Below are positions 42,212 through 55,068 of a stretch of DNA of 64,000 bases, one piece after another. The notes beneath the pieces are model-generated. The model saw nothing but the letters and a program-made list of their open reading frames with translations. It was not told where the DNA came from and did not search any database. Each line of letters opens with the position of its first letter. Within the stretch, counting starts at the first letter, position 1. Both the position numbers and the translations under genes were made by a program. The DNA comes from an uncultured Acidobacteriota bacterium. Lineage in GTDB: Bacteria > Acidobacteriota > Thermoanaerobaculia > Multivoradales > UBA5704. The stretch covers positions 3,744,001 through 3,808,000 of the forward strand of contig OY969474.1 of NCBI GenBank assembly GCA_963700145.1, given 5' to 3'.

Positions 42212-42967
42212 CTAGCGCGCGGGGACCGTCAGCACCTGCCCGGCCTTGAGCCGGCTCGAGCGCATGCCGTTGGCGCGGCGCAGCCCGTCGACGCTCGTGC
42301 CGTAGCGGCGGGCCAGCGACCAGAGGGTGTCGCCGCTGCGCACCTTGTGGCGGCGGGAGGCGGCGATCTTGATCGTCCCGGTGCCCGCGCCGTCGTCGTC
42401 GCCCCCGCCCAGCCCGGCGACGTAGCGCCGGTAGGGCGCGGGGAAGAGGGCCACGTGGTAGTGCGCCGGCCAGCGCTCGCGGGTGGCCTCGAGGAGGTCG
42501 CGGCGCTCGAGCGCCAGGAGAGTGTCCTCGAGCCAGGCGCGGCAGGCGGCGCGGCGGCTCTGGCGGAGGTCGACCGCCATGCCGGTGGGGTGGACGGAGA
42601 GGTGCGAGGCGTTGTGCGGCTGGCGCGACTTGGGGCGGGTCAGGCTGGTCACCACCAGCCGCTCGCCGCAGGCGGCGCGGTACTGCCGCCCCAGGCGCTC
42701 GACGAAGGTGCGGACCTCGGCGCGCGCATAGGGGAAGGAGACGTCGGCCAGGGTGTAGTCGCGGTTGCCGGCGAGCTCGACCAGCAAGCCCGCCGCGGTG
42801 AAGTCCTTCACTTGGGAGCTGGTGCGGAGGTAGGTGTAATCGTGCTGGCGCGCCATGCGCGCCTGGATGGCGAGGGAGTCGCTCGACCCGCGCAGGCTCG
42901 CGGCGGCGAGCGTCGAGGGGAGCGCCAGGAGGGCGAGGGCGGCGGCGGTGCAGCACTGAGTCCGCAT
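42212..42967 (-). CDS. DUF5715 (M15/LAS-type peptidase-like) + LysM protein
   Basis: VTSLTRP, SVHPTGMAVDL, HYHV; LysM HKVRSGDTLWSLARRYG. Confidence 0.85.
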   Translation of the reverse strand: MRTQCCTAAALALLALPSTLAAASLRGSSDSLAIQARMARQHDYTYLRTSSQVKDFTAAGLLVELAGNRDYTLADVSFPYARAEVRTFVERLGRQYRAACGERLVVTSLTRPKSRQPHNASHLSVHPTGMAVDLRQSRRAACRAWLEDTLLALERRDLLEATRERWPAHYHVALFPAPYRRYVAGLGGGDDDGAGTGTIKIAASRRHKVRSGDTLWSLARRYGTSVDGLRRANGMRSSRLKAGQVLTVPAR

Positions 42968-43114
42968 GGGCTGACGAGCTCTCCTTCTCGGGTTGACGCC
43001 CATTGCCGGCGCCCCTGGAGACGCCGGCCGATCCATAGCGGTAGGTCCGGCCGCGGAGTTTAGCACAGAGGACTGTGCAACTACAGACTGCCTGGCTGCC
43101 GCTCGTACCCTCTC

Positions 43115-44620
43115 TTAACCCTCCGGCCGCGCCTCCTCTTCCCGCGCCGGCCCAGTGGCGAACGGCGGGTGCTCGATCTTGGCCACGCAGGAGGTGTCGA
43201 GGCCGCGCACCGAGGCGCGCTCCAGGAAGTCGTGCATCAGCCGCTCGACGCAGGGGCCGGAGTTGTCGTGGGCGCCGCCGGGCACCTCGACCGAGAGGCC
43301 GTTGGGCAGGCCCGCGGCCACCCGCGCCGCGAACTCGGGCGGCGTCACCGGGTCGATCTCGCCGAAGACCAGCAGCACCGGTGCGTCGCTGCGCAGCGGC
43401 TCCATGTGGCCGGGGGGCGCCGTGCCGCGCGGCCACTCGCCGCAGGCGCGGAGCTGGGTACGGACGCGCTCGTCGCCCAGGAAGGAGCCGCGGGTGCGTG
43501 GCTCGATCGTCGCCGGGTCGAGGAAGGGCAGGTCCTCGGCGCAGGTCACCGACAGCAGCATGCCGAGGGCGAGGAAGCGCGGGATGGCGCGGCGGGTCTC
43601 GACCGCCACCTGCGCGATCGGCCCGAAGTCCCCCTGCGCCGCCTGGTGGATCTTGAGCGGCAGCGCGCGGGCGTTCTCGACCTGGTACATCTGCCAGCGC
43701 ACAGCCTCGACGAAAGCGGCGCGGGAGAGCTGGATCGCCGTCTCCTTGCCGGTCTCCGGGTGCGTCACCTTGGCGGGGACTGGTCCCTCGGCGAGCCGCG
43801 CCATCACCCGCTGGAGCTCGGCGCGCAGCTCGGGGAAGGCCTTGGCGCAGGCCGGGTCGGCGGCGCAGCGGTCGAAGAGCAGGTCGAGCGCCCGCTGCGC
43901 GGCCCGCGAGTGGGAGACGGGGAGCGTCTCGTCGAGCGGCGCCACGCCGAGGAGGATGGTGCTGCGCACCGACTCGGGGTGGCGGCGCAGGTAGACCTGA
44001 GCGGCGCGGGTGCCGTAGGAGCCGCCGAAGAGGTTCACCTTCTCGTAGCCCAGCCACCGGCGGACCTCGTCGAAGTCGTCGATCGCGCGGTCGGTCGTGT
44101 AGAGCCGCAGGTCGGCCTTCTTCTCCAGCTCCGCGCGGCAGCGCCGCACCTCCGCCAGCGGGAACTGCTCGCCGATGTAGGTCTGGAGGTCGGCGTCGGT
44201 GCCGCCCAGCGAGCACATCAGCGGGTTGGCGCCGAGGCTGCCGCGCTGGTCGATGAAGAGGAAGTCGCGCCGCTCGCGGATCAGCGGCGAGAACTCGGCG
44301 AAGCCGGCGGCGCTGTTGCTCGAGGCATCGCCGGGTCCGCCGGCGAGCCAGAGGACCGGATCGGGCGCCGGGTCCTTGCCGGTGGCGGGGAGGAGGATGA
44401 CCTGGATCGGGATCTTGCGGCCGCTTTGCGCCGCCCGGTCCTCCCACACCTCGTAGGTGCCGCAGCGCGCCTCGGGCGGCAGCCCTTCGCGGGTGCAGGG
44501 GCCGAGCTTGGCGGCGGGGCCGCCGGCGGCCGGCGGCGCCGGGCCGTTGGCGCACGCCGGAGCGGCGGCGGCGGCGAGCGCGAGGACGAGAGCGACGGCG
44601 AACGACTGGACTCTGGGCAT
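43115..44620 (-). CDS. Secreted alpha/beta hydrolase (TAP-like peptidase family)
   Basis: LAGGPG, DQRG, GGSYG nucleophile elbow, DPVTP, GAH. Confidence 0.88.
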   Translation of the reverse strand: MPRVQSFAVALVLALAAAAAPACANGPAPPAAGGPAAKLGPCTREGLPPEARCGTYEVWEDRAAQSGRKIPIQVILLPATGKDPAPDPVLWLAGGPGDASSNSAAGFAEFSPLIRERRDFLFIDQRGSLGANPLMCSLGGTDADLQTYIGEQFPLAEVRRCRAELEKKADLRLYTTDRAIDDFDEVRRWLGYEKVNLFGGSYGTRAAQVYLRRHPESVRSTILLGVAPLDETLPVSHSRAAQRALDLLFDRCAADPACAKAFPELRAELQRVMARLAEGPVPAKVTHPETGKETAIQLSRAAFVEAVRWQMYQVENARALPLKIHQAAQGDFGPIAQVAVETRRAIPRFLALGMLLSVTCAEDLPFLDPATIEPRTRGSFLGDERVRTQLRACGEWPRGTAPPGHMEPLRSDAPVLLVFGEIDPVTPPEFAARVAAGLPNGLSVEVPGGAHDNSGPCVERLMHDFLERASVRGLDTSCVAKIEHPPFATGPAREEEARPEG

Positions 44621-44716
44621 GCGGGGTCTCCTGCGTGGTGGCGGGGAAGTTTACGCAGTCGCGGCGCGCCGGTTTCATCGCTCTAGGAACCAAGGGCACG
44701 TACAATCGGACCCGCG

Positions 44717-45756
44717 ATGGCACTCTTTCGCCGCAAGTTCCGCCTCACCGCCTGCGCCACCACCGGCGGCTGAGCCGCCAAGGTCGGTCCGGGGGACCTG
44801 GCCAACCTGGTGGCGCCCCTCGTCGGCGGCCGCGCCGACGAGCGGGTGCTCGTCGGCCCGGAAACGGCCGACGATGCGGGCGTGTACCTGCTCGGCGACC
44901 GCGCCCTCGTCGCCACTGCCGACTTCATCACCCCGGTCTGCGACGACGCGCGCCTCTTCGGCCGCATCGCCGCCTGCAACGCGCTTTCGGACGTCTACGC
45001 GATGGGCGGGAAGCCCCTCTTCGCGCTCAACCTCTGCTGCTTCCCGCCGGAGGTGCCGGACGAGGCGCTGGCGGGGATCCTGGGCGGCGCCGTCGAGGCG
45101 CTCGCCGAGGCCGGCGCGGCTCTCCTCGGCGGCCACTCGGTGCGCGACCCGGAGCTCAAGTTCGGGCTCGCGGTGGTCGGCGAGGCGGACCGCGACCGGC
45201 TGCTGACCAACGCCGGCGCCCGCCCCGGCGACCGCCTGCTGCTCACCAAGCCGCTCGGCACCGGCGTCCTGATCAACGCCTTCAAGGCCGACAAGCTGGA
45301 CGAGACGGGGCTGGCCCCGGCGCTCGCCGAGATGGCGCGGCTCAACGCCGCGGCCGGCGCGCTGGCCCTCGAGCACGGCGTGCGCGCCGCCACCGACGTC
45401 ACCGGCTTCGGCCTCCTCGGCCACGCGCTTGGCATGGCGCGCGCCTCGGCCGCCGCCCTGCGCTTCGTCTTCGCGCGCCTGCCGGTCTACGACGGCTTCC
45501 ACCGCTTGGCGAAGGCGGGGATCACGACCGGCTGCACCGACGCCAACGAGGAGAACGTGCGGCCCTTCCTCGACGAGCGCGCCGGCCTCGACCGCTCGCA
45601 GCGCGAGCTGCTCTTCGACCCGCAGACCTCGGGCGGCCTGCTCCTCTCGACGCCCGCCGACCGCGCCGACGCCCTCCTCGCCGCGCTCCTCGCCGCCGGC
45701 CACCGCGCCGCCGAGGTCGGCGAGGTGCTCCCTGGGCCGGTGCGGCTCGAGATCGT

Positions 45757-45760
<4 letters not shown>
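44717..45760 (+). CDS. selD: Selenide, water dikinase, selenocysteine-containing (UGA at codon 19)
   Basis: MALFRRKFRLTACATTGG-UGA-AAKV matches the GG(C/U)xxK active site; DDAGVY, DFITP, NALSDVYAMGG, LTKPLGTG, TDVTGFGL, DPQTSGGLL. Confidence 0.93.
44777..44802 (+). promoter_or_regulatory. Candidate bacterial SECIS hairpin
   Basis: GCC(A)AGGTC-GGTCCGGGG-GACCTGGC stem-loop immediately 3' of the in-frame UGA at 44771. Confidence 0.55.
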
Positions 45761-47001
<1,241 letters not shown>

Positions 47002-47046
47002 GGGCGCCGGCATTCTCTACCAGCGCGCTAGACTCCCGGGCCTTCC

Positions 47047-48837
<1,791 letters not shown>

Positions 48838-48908
48838 GGAATTCGCCCCCCCGGCCGGCGGTTCTCCGGGCTTCGGGCACCACGCCCCAAGCAGCAGGAG
48901 CACCGCCG

Positions 48909-51191
48909 ATGCAACGTCTTTCCCTCGCGGCCTTTGCCGCGGCCCTCTGGTTCCTCCCGCAGCCGGCCTCGGCGCGGGCGGTGGAGCCGGCCGCGCTGCT
49001 GGCCGACCTCGTCCCCGGGCCCGCGGGCTCCGTTCCATCGACTTTCACGAGCGTCGGCGACGTCGCCTTTTTCCGTACCGTCGATGCCTACCAGAACCCC
49101 GTCGAGCTGTGGCGCAGCGACGGGACGGCGGAAGGGACCTTCGGCCTCGGCGTCTGCCCCGCCGGCGCGCAGTATTCGCTGGCCTGGACCGAGGAGCACC
49201 TCTACTTCCTCGGCTTCGACGGCGGCTGCGTGATTGGCGAGTCCGCGGCCCTCTTCCGCACCGACGGCAGCCGCGAAGGGACCGTCAAGCTGACCCAGGG
49301 GCTCGCCTTCCCGCAGCCGACGGACGGCTGGCCGGCGGTCCGCTACGTGCCCGCGCTGCAGCGGCTCTTCTTCCGCGCCGACGACGGCGCGCACGGGCCG
49401 GAGCTCTGGGCGACGGACGGATCAGCGGGCGGAGCGGTGCCGCTCGGCGACCTGCGGCCCGGGCCCTCGGGTTCCACCCCGCGGCTGTTCCAGGAGCACG
49501 GCGGCGAGCTTTACTTCTGGGCCGAGCTGGAGCCGCAGTCGTTCTGGCTCTACCGGAGCGACGGCACGCCGGGCGGAACGGTCGCGGTGAAGGGGCCGTT
49601 TTCGGCGCCGAGGCAGGCGGTGACCCTTGGCGGCGCTCTCTACTTCCTGGCCTACTCGGGAAACGAGGCGGGCCTCTGGCGCTCCGACGGGACCCCCGCG
49701 GGCACGACCCTCGTAGCCGCGTTCCCAGGCGGGAGCTCGCTCTCCGCGCCGACGGCCGCCAACGGCCGTCTGTATTTCTCCCTCGAGACGCCCGACCACG
49801 CACAGGAGCTCTGGGTGAGCAACGGGACCGCCGCCGGTACGCGGCGGCTCACCGACTTCGCCAACCCGGAGGTGTTCGCCTCGGGCCCCCGCGTCACCGG
49901 CCTCGGCTCGCGCACGGTCTTCATCGCCGATCAGGGGTCGGACCTGGGGCAGGTATGGGGCACCGACGGCACGCCGGCCGGCACGCGGCGCCTCGTCCCC
50001 TGCGACGGCTGTGGCACCTCCTGGCTGGTCCAGGACGGCAGCCTCGCCTACTTCGCGTCGCGCGACGCCGTGCATGGCGAGGAGCTGTGGCGGACCGACG
50101 GCACGCCCCAGGGGACGCGCCTGCTGGCCGACGTCGCTCCCGGCGCCACCGGCTCCTCGCCCTTCGCGCCGTTCGCTCTCGGCGGGGGCGTCGCCTACCT
50201 GGCCGACGCGGACGGCCCGCAGGGCCCCGCCCGGTACCAGATGTGGTGGGTGCCGCGCGAGGGCGGCACGGCACGCAAGCTGACCGACCTTCCCGGGGAC
50301 TGGTGGGCCGCCCAGCTGGACGGTGCGTTCAACGGCGTCGCGATCGGCAGCCGCCTCCTCTTCCGCGCCAACGACGGTGTCCACGGCCCCGAGCTGTGGA
50401 GCGTCGCGGCGGAGGTCCCGGCCTGCGGCGGCGACGTCCTCTGCCTCGGCGCCGGGGACCGCTTCGCGCTCGAGATCTCCTGGCGCCTCGCCGACGGCAC
50501 GAGCGGCCGCGGCCACCCGCAGCGGCTCACCGCCGACACCGGCACCTTCTGGTTCTTCGGGCCGGACAACGTCGAGGTCGTCGCCAAGGTGCTCGACGGC
50601 CGCACCGTCAACCGCAGCTTCTGGCTCTTCTACGGCGCGCTCTCGGACGTCGAGTACACCCTGACGCTCACCGACCGGACGACGGGCGTCGTGCGCGAGT
50701 ACCGCAACCCTCGCGGCCGCATGGCCAGCGTCGCCGACACCGGGGCGATCGTGGACGCGGCGGCCGCGACGGGTGCGCTGGCGCTGGGCGGCGCGGCGGA
50801 GGAGATCGCGGCCGAGCTCGGCGCGGCGGTCGCGGCGGCCGGCGGCTCCTGCGTCGCCGACGCGCAGACCTTGTGCCTCCAGGACGGCCGCTTCCGCGTG
50901 CGGGCGACGTGGACCGACTTCTCGGGCAACCAGGGCGTCGGCAAGGCCGTGCGCCTCACCGCCGACACCGGCTACTTCTGGTTCTTCGGCGCCGATAACG
51001 TGGAGGTGGTGCTCAAGGTGCTGGACGGGCGGCCGGTCAACGACCACTTCTGGGTTTTCTACGGCGCGCTCTCTAGCGTCGAGTACGTGCTGACGGTCAC
51101 CGACACCGTGACCGGCGTCTCGCGCACTTACCGCAACCCCTCGGGGGAGCTGGCGAGCCGAGCCGACACCCGCGCCCTGCCCGCGGAGTAG
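48909..51191 (+). CDS. Secreted ELWxxDGT-repeat protein with two copies of a C-terminal domain
   Basis: GGAG RBS; signal peptide; repeated ELWRSDGT/ELWATDG; two DTGxFWFF..NVEVVxKVLDG domains. Confidence 0.88.
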   Translation: MQRLSLAAFAAALWFLPQPASARAVEPAALLADLVPGPAGSVPSTFTSVGDVAFFRTVDAYQNPVELWRSDGTAEGTFGLGVCPAGAQYSLAWTEEHLYFLGFDGGCVIGESAALFRTDGSREGTVKLTQGLAFPQPTDGWPAVRYVPALQRLFFRADDGAHGPELWATDGSAGGAVPLGDLRPGPSGSTPRLFQEHGGELYFWAELEPQSFWLYRSDGTPGGTVAVKGPFSAPRQAVTLGGALYFLAYSGNEAGLWRSDGTPAGTTLVAAFPGGSSLSAPTAANGRLYFSLETPDHAQELWVSNGTAAGTRRLTDFANPEVFASGPRVTGLGSRTVFIADQGSDLGQVWGTDGTPAGTRRLVPCDGCGTSWLVQDGSLAYFASRDAVHGEELWRTDGTPQGTRLLADVAPGATGSSPFAPFALGGGVAYLADADGPQGPARYQMWWVPREGGTARKLTDLPGDWWAAQLDGAFNGVAIGSRLLFRANDGVHGPELWSVAAEVPACGGDVLCLGAGDRFALEISWRLADGTSGRGHPQRLTADTGTFWFFGPDNVEVVAKVLDGRTVNRSFWLFYGALSDVEYTLTLTDRTTGVVREYRNPRGRMASVADTGAIVDAAAATGALALGGAAEEIAAELGAAVAAAGGSCVADAQTLCLQDGRFRVRATWTDFSGNQGVGKAVRLTADTGYFWFFGADNVEVVLKVLDGRPVNDHFWVFYGALSSVEYVLTVTDTVTGVSRTYRNPSGELASRADTRALPAE

Positions 51192-51193
51192 CC

Positions 51194-52537
51194 TCAGGGC
51201 GCGGCGCGGGCGCTCGGCTCCATCCGGTCGATGAAGAACGCCGCGTCGAGCAGGCGCGGCCAGTCGCGCTCGATCGGCTCGTGGAAGTTGAAGCCGGCGG
51301 CGAGCGGCGCGCGCAGCCAGTGGTCGGCCGGCAGCGAGCGGAAATCCACGAACAGGTACGGCTTGCCGGTGCGGTGGAGGAAGTCCTCGAGCGCGCCGGG
51401 AGCGGACGCGATCTCGACCGGCCCTTCGTCGAGCGCGGCGTCGGCGTAGCGGTAGACGCCGGAGTGGGAGCTGAAGCCGATCGTGTAGAGCGCCTCCCCG
51501 AGCGCTTGCTCGAGGAACCTGCCGGTCGAGCCGGCGTGAGGGCGGCCGGGATCGGGGCCGCGCGGCGAGAAGGCGTCGGTGAAGACGTGGTAGTTGTGCG
51601 CCCAGACGATGGCCTTACGGTCGCGCAGCGGGCCGTTCAGCCACCAGAGGAGGTTCTCGGCCATCGCGGTGTCGCGGCTGTAGCCGTCGGCGTTGCCGGC
51701 TTCGACGTCGGCGGGCAGAGCGCGGTCCATCGCCAGGAGGCTGACCAGGCCCTGGCGGGCGAAGTCGATCTCGCGCGGGGCGACGAAGCGGAGGAGCTCA
51801 TCGCGCCGGGCATCGATCGTCGCGATGAGCCGCTTGGGCAGCGCGCGGTTGTAGTGGCGCTCGCCGGGGCGATCCCAGTGGTCCTTCGGCACCAGGCCGG
51901 CGGACATGGCGGTCAGGTCCGCGCGCTCCCGCGCGGAGAGCAGCGCCGGGTCGAGCCGGTCAAAGAAGGCGAAGACGAAGGCCGGGAAGCGCTCGTTCCG
52001 CCCCGACGCGGTCGAGACCCGGCAGTCGAAGCCGACGACCTCGATGGGTCGGGCGGTGGCCTGCGTGGCGCGCAGGTAGGCGAGCGTCGGCTGCACCTGC
52101 GCGCTCTGCCGCCAGATGCCGTAGAGGCAGAGCGCGGCGGCCTCCTCGAGCGGCGCGCCGCCGCGCAGCGCCGCCGCCATGTCGCGGCAGTCGAAGAACC
52201 CCGCCTCCCAGGCCAGCGCGTCGAACCCCATCCTCTGGTGCAGGAAGCGGATGAGCCGCGCCTTGGCGAGGAAGGCCGAGCCGTCGCCGTGCGTGGCCTC
52301 GCCGAGCTGCACGACGCGGGCGTTGCCGATCGCCGCCGCCAGTGGCGCGAGGTCCGAGAAGTCCTCGTCCGCCGGGTCGATCGAGCGCACCGCGACGGCG
52401 TGGTCGCGCAGCCACTCGATGCGCTCGGCGGCGGGATCGGCGGGCGGCCCGTTAGCCGGCGCCGGCGGCGCGGCGAGCGCGCCAGCGGCCAGCAGGAGCC
52501 CGTGGATGGAGCGGCGCCAGGGCGGTATGGTGAGCAC
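51194..52537 (-). CDS. Erythromycin esterase family protein
   Basis: LGEATHG, WEAG, RDTAMAENL, IVWAHNYH; start uncertain. Confidence 0.85.
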   Translation of the reverse strand: MLTIPPWRRSIHGLLLAAGALAAPPAPANGPPADPAAERIEWLRDHAVAVRSIDPADEDFSDLAPLAAAIGNARVVQLGEATHGDGSAFLAKARLIRFLHQRMGFDALAWEAGFFDCRDMAAALRGGAPLEEAAALCLYGIWRQSAQVQPTLAYLRATQATARPIEVVGFDCRVSTASGRNERFPAFVFAFFDRLDPALLSARERADLTAMSAGLVPKDHWDRPGERHYNRALPKRLIATIDARRDELLRFVAPREIDFARQGLVSLLAMDRALPADVEAGNADGYSRDTAMAENLLWWLNGPLRDRKAIVWAHNYHVFTDAFSPRGPDPGRPHAGSTGRFLEQALGEALYTIGFSSHSGVYRYADAALDEGPVEIASAPGALEDFLHRTGKPYLFVDFRSLPADHWLRAPLAAGFNFHEPIERDWPRLLDAAFFIDRMEPSARAAP

Positions 52538-52618
52538 CTCCGAAAAGCAGGCGCATTGTACGAGGGCCGCCGCAGGAAACCGCCGCTCCGGCGGTTCCTG
52601 GGTCCCGAGGAGGTTGCA

Positions 52619-52891
52619 ATGAGCACGAACCCGCGCACTCGTTGGAAACAGTGGACCAAGCTGCTGGCGCTGGCGGCGGTGCTCGCCGCCTTGGTCCTGG
52701 GAGCGGCGGCGCAGCGCGCCGCGGCCGATCAGCCGCACATGCAGGCGGCGCTCGACGCGCTCGAGGTCGCCGAGAACCAGCTCGAGCAAGCCGACAACGA
52801 CAAGGGCGGCCACAAGCGGCGCGCCCTCGAGCTGGTGCGCCGGGCGCAGGCGCAGGTGCGGGCAGGGATCGGCTTCGACCGCCGGCGCTGA
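52619..52891 (+). CDS. Small secreted helical protein
   Basis: GAGGAGG RBS; signal peptide; QPHMQAAL...DKGGH..A motif. Confidence 0.8.
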   Translation: MSTNPRTRWKQWTKLLALAAVLAALVLGAAAQRAAADQPHMQAALDALEVAENQLEQADNDKGGHKRRALELVRRAQAQVRAGIGFDRRR

Positions 52892-52895
52892 GCGC

Positions 52896-53564
52896 CTAGC
52901 CGAGCAGCGACTTCAGCTCGTCGAGGTCGCGGGTGAGCTGGGCGACGAGGTCTTCGAGGCGGGCGACGCGGTCGGCGAGGGGCTGGCGGGTCGGTGCGGC
53001 GGGGGCGGCATCTTCACTTGCGCTTGCCGTGGCGGACGGCGCCGCGCGCTCGGCCTCGACCGAGGCCTCGCCCACCAGGTGCGCCCACCTTGTCTCCTTC
53101 TGCCCCGCCCGCCGCGGCAGCTCGGCAACGAGCGGCTCCTCCATCGCCGCCAGCCGGCGCAGCGTCTCCTCGACCTCCTCGAGCGAGGCGAAGGCGTGCA
53201 GCCTCTCGCTGCGCGAGCGCAGCTCGCCGGCGGTCTGCGGGCCGCGCAACAGCACCAGCGTCATCAGCGCCTTCCCGGCCGCGTCGAGCCCCCAGCGCCG
53301 CGACACGCTCTGCTTCCAGCGCTCGGCGCGCGCGCCCTCGCTGCGCCAGACGAGCACTTCCTGCCGCAGCCGCTCGAGCGCCTCCCACACCGCCGCCTCG
53401 GAGAGCTGCAGCACCGGCTCGCGGTTCGTCTTCTGGTTGCAGGCGGTGAGCAGGGCGTTGACGGTCAGCGGGTAGAGCTCGGGCGTCGTCTGCTCCTTCT
53501 CGAGCAGCGCGCCGAGCACCCGGACCTCCACCGCGTCGAGCGGCCGCGGGATGAGGGTCGACAC
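52896..53564 (-). CDS. YceH/DUF480 family protein
   Basis: RVLGALLEKEQTTPELYPLTVNALLTACNQKTNREPV, LLRGPQTAGELR. Confidence 0.92.
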   Translation of the reverse strand: MSTLIPRPLDAVEVRVLGALLEKEQTTPELYPLTVNALLTACNQKTNREPVLQLSEAAVWEALERLRQEVLVWRSEGARAERWKQSVSRRWGLDAAGKALMTLVLLRGPQTAGELRSRSERLHAFASLEEVEETLRRLAAMEEPLVAELPRRAGQKETRWAHLVGEASVEAERAAPSATASASEDAAPAAPTRQPLADRVARLEDLVAQLTRDLDELKSLLG

Positions 53565-53593
53565 GCCCCGACAGTACCCATCGCGGCGGGGAC

Positions 53594-53622
53594 TTGCAAT
53601 CCGGTTTGAAGGCGTCTAAGCT
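53594..53622 (+). promoter_or_regulatory. Candidate promoter for the cold-shock gene, implying a ~230-nt 5' UTR
   Basis: TTGCAA-N17-TAAGCT. Confidence 0.5.
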
Positions 53623-53857
53623 CCGCGCCAACCGATCCGGACAAGCAGGGCTTCGACGACCACTTCCGCTCAACTACTCTCCAGTAGACCGTCGGCTCGC
53701 TTCAGCTCCAGAGGGACACGCACCACGTCGTACACCGTGAGCTCCCCGGCAATCGAGGGAACGAGTTCACCATCCGTACTCCCGTGTGGGAGTGGAGGAG
53801 AGCCGGACTGAGTCCGGCATATATCAACAACCTGTCTTATGAAGGAGCTGGGAGAGT

Positions 53858-54061
53858 ATGGCTGAGCAAGGTACCGTGAAGTGGTTCAACGACGCCAAGG
53901 GCTTCGGGTTCATCGTGCGCGAGCGGGGGGCGGACGTCTTCGTCCACCACACCGCGATCCTCGCCGAGGGGTTCCGCACGCTCAATGAGGGAGACCGCGT
54001 CTCCTTCGAGGTGGTGGAGGGCCCGAAAGGACTCCAGGCACGGAACGTCGTCCGCGTCTGA
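53858..54061 (+). CDS. Cold-shock protein (CspA family)
   Basis: [31 protein letters not shown]. Confidence 0.97.
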   Translation: MAEQGTVKWFNDAKGFGFIVRERGADVFVHHTAILAEGFRTLNEGDRVSFEVVEGPKGLQARNVVRV

Positions 54062-54085
54062 GCCGCTTCCGACGACCATAACGTG

Positions 54086-54122
54086 CCCCGGCCGGGCGGT
54101 CCCGGCCGGGGTTTCGTGTTTC
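54086..54122 (+). terminator. Intrinsic terminator
   Basis: CCCCGGCCGGG-CGGT-CCCGGCCGGGG followed by a T-rich tract. Confidence 0.8.
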
Positions 54123-54138
54123 TGGGGGTTTTGCTGCG

Positions 54139-54963
54139 CTAGCCGCGAAGCTGCGAGCGGAAGCGCTGGTAGTTCGGGGTGTCGTGGGTGAGCGAGGCCT
54201 TGCGCGGCAGCTTGGCGATCGAGGCGTCGATGTTGCGGATGCGGTCCTCGGTCAGCGGGTGGCTGGAGAAGAACTGCGTCACCGAGTTGGGCCGGCTGCG
54301 GCGCAACGACAGCAGCTCCTTCATGAACGAGGACGCGCCGCGCGGGTCGTAGCCCGCCTGGTACATGTAGGCGACGCCGAGTCGGTCGGACTCGTTCTCC
54401 GCGTCGCGGCTGTAGTTGGTCAGGATGCCGGTGCCCACGAGCTGCGCGAGCAGCTGCTGGGTCTGGCCGGAGTTGCGCCCCAGCAGCAGGCCGGCGATGG
54501 CGTTGTAGCCGTAGGCGCGGGTCATGAGCTGGGTGCCGTGGCGCGAGGCGCCGTGGCCGATCTCATGCGCCAGGACGCTGGCCAGCTCGTCGAGCGTGTC
54601 GGCCTCGCGCACCAGGCCGGCGTTGACGTAGACCAGGCCGCCGGGCAGGTTGAAGGCGTTGACCTGGTCGTTCTGCACCAGGTAGAAGTCCCAGCGCCGG
54701 TTGCCGAGCGCGGTCTGGCCGGCAATCCGCCGGCCGACGGTGTTGAGGTAGTCGCTCGAGCTGACGCGCATCTCCTTGCGGACCTGCGCGTGCAGCTCAT
54801 CGCGCATCGCCCACTCCTCGTCCACCGAGACCAGGTTGAATCCCCCCTGGCGGACGCCGGCGCTGCCGCAGGCGGCCAGGGAGAGGGACGCGGAGACGAC
54901 GAGGAGCGCGAGCGCCGCGGCCCGTGCCTGTCGGAATGTCGTGTGCGGATGGGGTGCGAGCAT
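54139..54963 (-). CDS. M48 family metalloprotease lipoprotein
   Basis: Lipobox LAAC; NAFNLPGG; AHEIGH; SRDAENESD; SHP. Confidence 0.92.
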   Translation of the reverse strand: MLAPHPHTTFRQARAAALALLVVSASLSLAACGSAGVRQGGFNLVSVDEEWAMRDELHAQVRKEMRVSSSDYLNTVGRRIAGQTALGNRRWDFYLVQNDQVNAFNLPGGLVYVNAGLVREADTLDELASVLAHEIGHGASRHGTQLMTRAYGYNAIAGLLLGRNSGQTQQLLAQLVGTGILTNYSRDAENESDRLGVAYMYQAGYDPRGASSFMKELLSLRRSRPNSVTQFFSSHPLTEDRIRNIDASIAKLPRKASLTHDTPNYQRFRSQLRG

Positions 54964-55068
54964 GGTGTGCCTCCTCTCGAAGCTCCTGCGGCCGCTCGCG
55001 GGTCGGCCTACGGGGTGGGTAAAGGCAAGGGGGATGCCAGGGCACGCCCCGGGGAGCGGAGCCCGGGC

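Noticed and set aside
41544-44723. 1059-aa ORF, and similar long versions at 6736-9597, 47181-51191, 55069-57567 and 56985-59624, as giant fusion proteins
   Set aside because: Only the 3' parts are real genes; the upstream parts are off-frame read-through of neighbouring genes
51194-52537. Macrolide resistance gene (ere)
   Set aside because: The erythromycin esterase superfamily is broad and mostly not resistance-related; no mobile context here
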